Origin: an uncultured Alphaproteobacteria bacterium
GTDB taxonomy: Bacteria > Pseudomonadota > Alphaproteobacteria > Thalassobaculales > Thalassobaculaceae
Direction: 5' to 3'
Length of the DNA stretch: 41,981 bases
NCBI GenBank assembly: GCA_938028645.1
Contig: CALIMD010000152.1
Span: 1-41,981 of the forward strand
The notes under the pieces are model-generated. The model was not told the DNA's origin, searched no databases, and saw only the letters and a program-made list of their open reading frames with translations. Below are positions 39,035 through 41,981 of the stretch, piece after piece. Position 1 is the first letter of the stretch, and the number at the start of each line of letters is the position of its first letter. The position numbers and the translations under genes were made by a program.

Positions 39035-40690
39035 TTATTGAGACTTATTTTGTATAGCGCGATTTAATAACAGCACCGGAAGCAAACCTGCTAGTACGAT
39101 GGTAAGGGCAGCAGGTGCACATTCGTTCAGTAGCTCATCCGATGCATATTGATAGACGAATGTCGCGAGCGTTTCAAAATTAAAGGGTCGCAGTATCAAG
39201 GTCGCAGGCAGTTCTTTTATGATGTCTACAAAAACCAGAACTGAACCTGATATGATGGTGCTTTTTATCAGTGGAGCATGAACACTAAATAGTGTTGCCC
39301 TTGGTCCTGATCCTAATGTACGGGCAGCCATATCCATGTTGTATGTCACCTTACTCAATCCAGCTTCTGCAGAGCCCAAAGCGATGGCAAGAAAACGGAT
39401 GGTATAGCCGAATAATACTGCAGTGAGGCCGCTTCCAACGAATATACTAGCAGAAACGCCAAAAGTAAGTTTCATGATTTCAGTGAATACAGAATCAATT
39501 GCCCCAATTGATATTAGGATGCCGATTGCAAGAGCAGCGCCTGGAATGGCATAACCGATGGAGGCTACTCTTACGGCAATCTTAACAAGTAGGTTAGGAC
39601 AAATACGGGCGGCATAGGCTAAAAATACACCAATTAACACTATGATTAGTGTAGCAGAGCTGGCCAGTATAAAACTGTTCCCAGCATATTCGATATATTT
39701 TGCAGAGTAAAAGCCTTCAATATTACCTAAAGCATGATAAAGCAAAATAGCACTCGGCAACACAAACCCTGTTAGGATTGGGAGTAGGCAGCTAAATATA
39801 GCTAGTAAAGATCGCCATCCTCTTAACTTAGTTTTTTTTATTAATTGATTCTTAGAAGAATTATGAAAACGCTGGCGTCTCCTCGATGAGCGCTCCAGCC
39901 ATATTAAAATGATTATAAAACTCAGTAAAACGAGGGCAATTTGCGCTGCTCCTCCCCTGTTTTCCATGCCAAACCATACATCAAATATCCCCACTGTAAG
40001 TGTACGAACAGCAAAATAATCGACAGTTCCAAAATCACTTAATACCTCCATTAAGCATAGCGTAACTCCAACAACGATAGCAGGCCGTGCCAGCGGTAAG
40101 GATGTGTAAAAAAAGTTTTGGATACCTGTAAGGCCTAATACGCGACCTGCTTCTAGTGTTGATACTGATTGCTCCAAAAAAGAAGCCCTGGTTAGAGCGT
40201 ACACATACGGGTACAAGACTAAACTTAATACAGTGATAGCCCCTCCAGGACTTCTAATTTGGGGAAACCAATAGTCTGATGAAGTCGTCCAGTTAAAGAG
40301 CATTCTTAAAAACGTCTGCACCGGTCCTGCAAATTCGAGAAAATCTGTATAGACATATGCGACGACATAAGCTGGCATTGCCATCGGAAGAATAAGTGCC
40401 CAAGCAAAAAACCTTGACCCTGGGAACTCGCACATGGCAACAAGCCAGGCAGTTCCAGTACCAATTATTGATACAAAGACCCCTACACCAAACATTAACA
40501 GCACTGAATTATAAATATAAGTTGGAAGCACCGAGGTTGCTAGATGAATCCAAACATTCTCTTCGGGTGAAATCGCAATCCAAATAATGGCAACTATAGG
40601 CGAAGCAATGATAATTGCTATAAGAATAGAAGTAATAAGCCAATTACGATTGGCTCCGTATAACGTTTTAGTTAGGCTTCTTTGTTTCAT
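39035..40690 (-). CDS. Fe(III)/thiamine-type ABC transporter permease, fused double-domain (FbpB/ThiP-like)
   Basis: 551 aa, about 12 TM segments, two EAA-type loops (LEAGRVLGLTGIQNFFYTSLPLARPA and DMAARTLGSGPRATLFSVHAPLI) and IKELPATLILRPFNFETLAT, typical of FbpB-type permeases. Confidence 0.85.
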   Translation of the reverse strand: MKQRSLTKTLYGANRNWLITSILIAIIIASPIVAIIWIAISPEENVWIHLATSVLPTYIYNSVLLMFGVGVFVSIIGTGTAWLVAMCEFPGSRFFAWALILPMAMPAYVVAYVYTDFLEFAGPVQTFLRMLFNWTTSSDYWFPQIRSPGGAITVLSLVLYPYVYALTRASFLEQSVSTLEAGRVLGLTGIQNFFYTSLPLARPAIVVGVTLCLMEVLSDFGTVDYFAVRTLTVGIFDVWFGMENRGGAAQIALVLLSFIIILIWLERSSRRRQRFHNSSKNQLIKKTKLRGWRSLLAIFSCLLPILTGFVLPSAILLYHALGNIEGFYSAKYIEYAGNSFILASSATLIIVLIGVFLAYAARICPNLLVKIAVRVASIGYAIPGAALAIGILISIGAIDSVFTEIMKLTFGVSASIFVGSGLTAVLFGYTIRFLAIALGSAEAGLSKVTYNMDMAARTLGSGPRATLFSVHAPLIKSTIISGSVLVFVDIIKELPATLILRPFNFETLATFVYQYASDELLNECAPAALTIVLAGLLPVLLLNRAIQNKSQ

Positions 40691-40925
40691 TTACTGGCCA
40701 GGTATTTTTGTCTCGAGTGGCATAGGCTTTGATTTTTACGTTAGCAGTTTGGCTAATGTTCTTGATTTAATTCTTGTATGGTTTGCGAAACAGCATTTAA
40801 GTTATGGATATATAAATTAATATCGGCTCCTTTTGGCATGAATGAGAATAACTAACAAGACTGCTTAAAACAGAAAAATAATCTATGACTTGACTTAATG
40901 TCGTATTACCGTTTCAAATGCACTC

Positions 40926-41100
40926 ATCGATGGTTTCCCAAGATTTTGGGATTCAAAGGGAACGTAGTTAGAAACTGCGGCTGCCCCCGCAACTGTAAGC
41001 GGAGAGTTTTAGGTCTTTGATACCACTGGGCTTGTTTTGTGTGGCCTGGGAAGGTTGATCTAGTAACTGTGACCCGTAAGCCAGGAGACCTACCAGCGAT
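40926..41100 (+). promoter_or_regulatory. cobalamin (B12) riboswitch aptamer upstream of cobW
   Basis: Conserved cores read directly: GGTTTCCC...AAAGGGAACG, GCTGCCCCCGCAACTGTAAGC, CCACTGGG, CTGGGAAGG, and the B12 box AAGCCAGGAGACCTACC. A closing P1 helix pairs ATCGATGGT (40926-40934) with ACCAGCGAT (41092-41100) at 8 of 9 positions. Confidence 0.88.
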
Positions 41101-41192
41101 ATCGTTACTAATCCTAGATCGGGGTGATATTAGGATGCGGTAGTTCCGTTAGGTGGCGACTATGGGTCTAGTTTGCTATTATGGAGCGCCTG

Positions 41193-41981
41193 ATGGAAGT
41201 AAAAGAAAAAAAACAATCTTTAAGAAAAATTCCTGCCACTGTTATTACAGGCTTTCTAGGTTCGGGAAAAACGAGCTTAATACAACATTTAATATCGACT
41301 GCTAATGGTCTCCAACTTGCTTTGATTATCAACGAATTTGGAGACCTAGGGGTTGATAAAGAGTTGTTGCTGGGATGTGGATTAGAAAATTGTGATGAAC
41401 GGGACGTTGTCGAACTTGCAAATGGTTGTATTTGTTGTACGGTGGCGGATGACTTCCTTCCTACCATGGAATTTCTTTTAAACAGACCAAACCCTCCGGA
41501 ACACATTATCATAGAGACCTCAGGTTTGGCATTACCGAAGCCTTTGATAAAGGCGTTTAGTTGGCCAGAGGTTAGTGCTCGGGCAACGGTAGATGGTGTG
41601 GTGGCAGTAATTGACTCAGTTGCGGTAGAAGCAGGTTTATTTGCCAGCAACCCATCAGAGGTCCAAGCACAGAGGTTAGCGGATGACGCTTTGAATCATG
41701 AAAGTCCCCTAGAGGAGCTTTTTGAGGAACAGATTCAATCAGCGGATATTATCGTATTAAACAAATCGGATGGTATTGCCGATGGTTCATGGGAACGGAT
41801 TGAAGGTAAGGTGGCAAAATATCAGAGATCAAAGGTTAAGGTAATTCGCACAAGTTATGGTAAAATAGATGCTTCAATACTTTTGGGATTGGGTGTTGAG
41901 GCAGAATTTGATTTAGATAGTCGTCCCTCCCATCATGAGACCTCAAGTGATCATGACCATGAAGATTTCGATAGTTTCATT
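41193..41981 (+). CDS. cobW: CobW (G3E-family metallochaperone GTPase), 3' end cut by the window edge
   Basis: Not in the ORF track because it runs off the right edge. P-loop VITGFLGSGKTSL, INEFGDLGVD, the metal-binding GCICCT motif, LNKSD and a His-rich stretch SHHETSSDHDHEDF. The ATG at 41193 has a GGAG 6 nt upstream, and an in-frame ATG at 41181 is an alternative start. Confidence 0.85.
   Translation, partial: MEVKEKKQSLRKIPATVITGFLGSGKTSLIQHLISTANGLQLALIINEFGDLGVDKELLLGCGLENCDERDVVELANGCICCTVADDFLPTMEFLLNRPNPPEHIIIETSGLALPKPLIKAFSWPEVSARATVDGVVAVIDSVAVEAGLFASNPSEVQAQRLADDALNHESPLEELFEEQIQSADIIVLNKSDGIADGSWERIEGKVAKYQRSKVKVIRTSYGKIDASILLGLGVEAEFDLDSRPSHHETSSDHDHEDFDSFI

Noticed and set aside
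40587-40820. 77-aa plus-strand ORF spanning the permease start region
   Set aside because: It overlaps the 5' end of the permease in antisense and continues into AT-rich spacer. It has no motif or RBS, and its product is implausible.
41168-41650. 160-aa minus-strand ORF from the track
   Set aside because: It is antisense to cobW, whose plus-strand translation has the P-loop, GCICCT and His-rich motifs. The minus-strand product is low-complexity Ser/Thr/Pro-rich sequence.

Overview
This is a gene-dense, AT-rich chromosomal segment with about 41 protein genes, very short spacers and several overlapping stop/start junctions. Motifs and local gene order look alphaproteobacterial. That is an inference from reading the sequence; no search was possible. 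Gene order: ubiA (minus strand, truncated by the left edge, missing from the ORF track) | rsmE-gshA | tldD | aa3 cytochrome c oxidase cluster coxB-coxA-ctaB-(46-codon TM ORF)-ctaG-coxC-surf1 | M32 carboxypeptidase | DUF1932-type oxidoreductase | thrC-M16 peptidase-GNAT | YgjP-like peptidase, Nudix hydrolase, ArsR-methyltransferase fusion | a five-gene sugar-modification-like cassette (Cys-less AsnB paralogue divergent from epimerase-cytidylyltransferase-unknown-methyltransferase) | mmsB, family III CoA-transferase, grxC, C-N hydrolase | accA, xerD, a 609-aa secreted unknown plus a tiny TM ORF | aroK-aroB, CorC/HlyC | DUF2889, bolA, J-protein, cobS-cobT | a lone FbpB-type ABC permease | cobalamin riboswitch leading into cobW (truncated by the right edge, also missing from the ORF track). 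I recognised no rRNA, tRNA, CRISPR array, transposase or repeat-bounded island. I do not see a clear-cut new defence or mobile system. The best candidates for undescribed biology are: (1) coxC split by one in-frame TGA exactly at a conserved Trp codon; (2) the 18.9-23.8 kb cassette headed by an asparagine-synthetase-like enzyme with no N-terminal Cys nucleophile and containing an unassignable 126-aa protein; (3) an orphan ABC permease wedged between cobT and the B12 riboswitch; (4) a secreted 609-aa unknown protein coupled to a mini TM ORF. All family calls rest on motifs read by eye, and start codons are best guesses.
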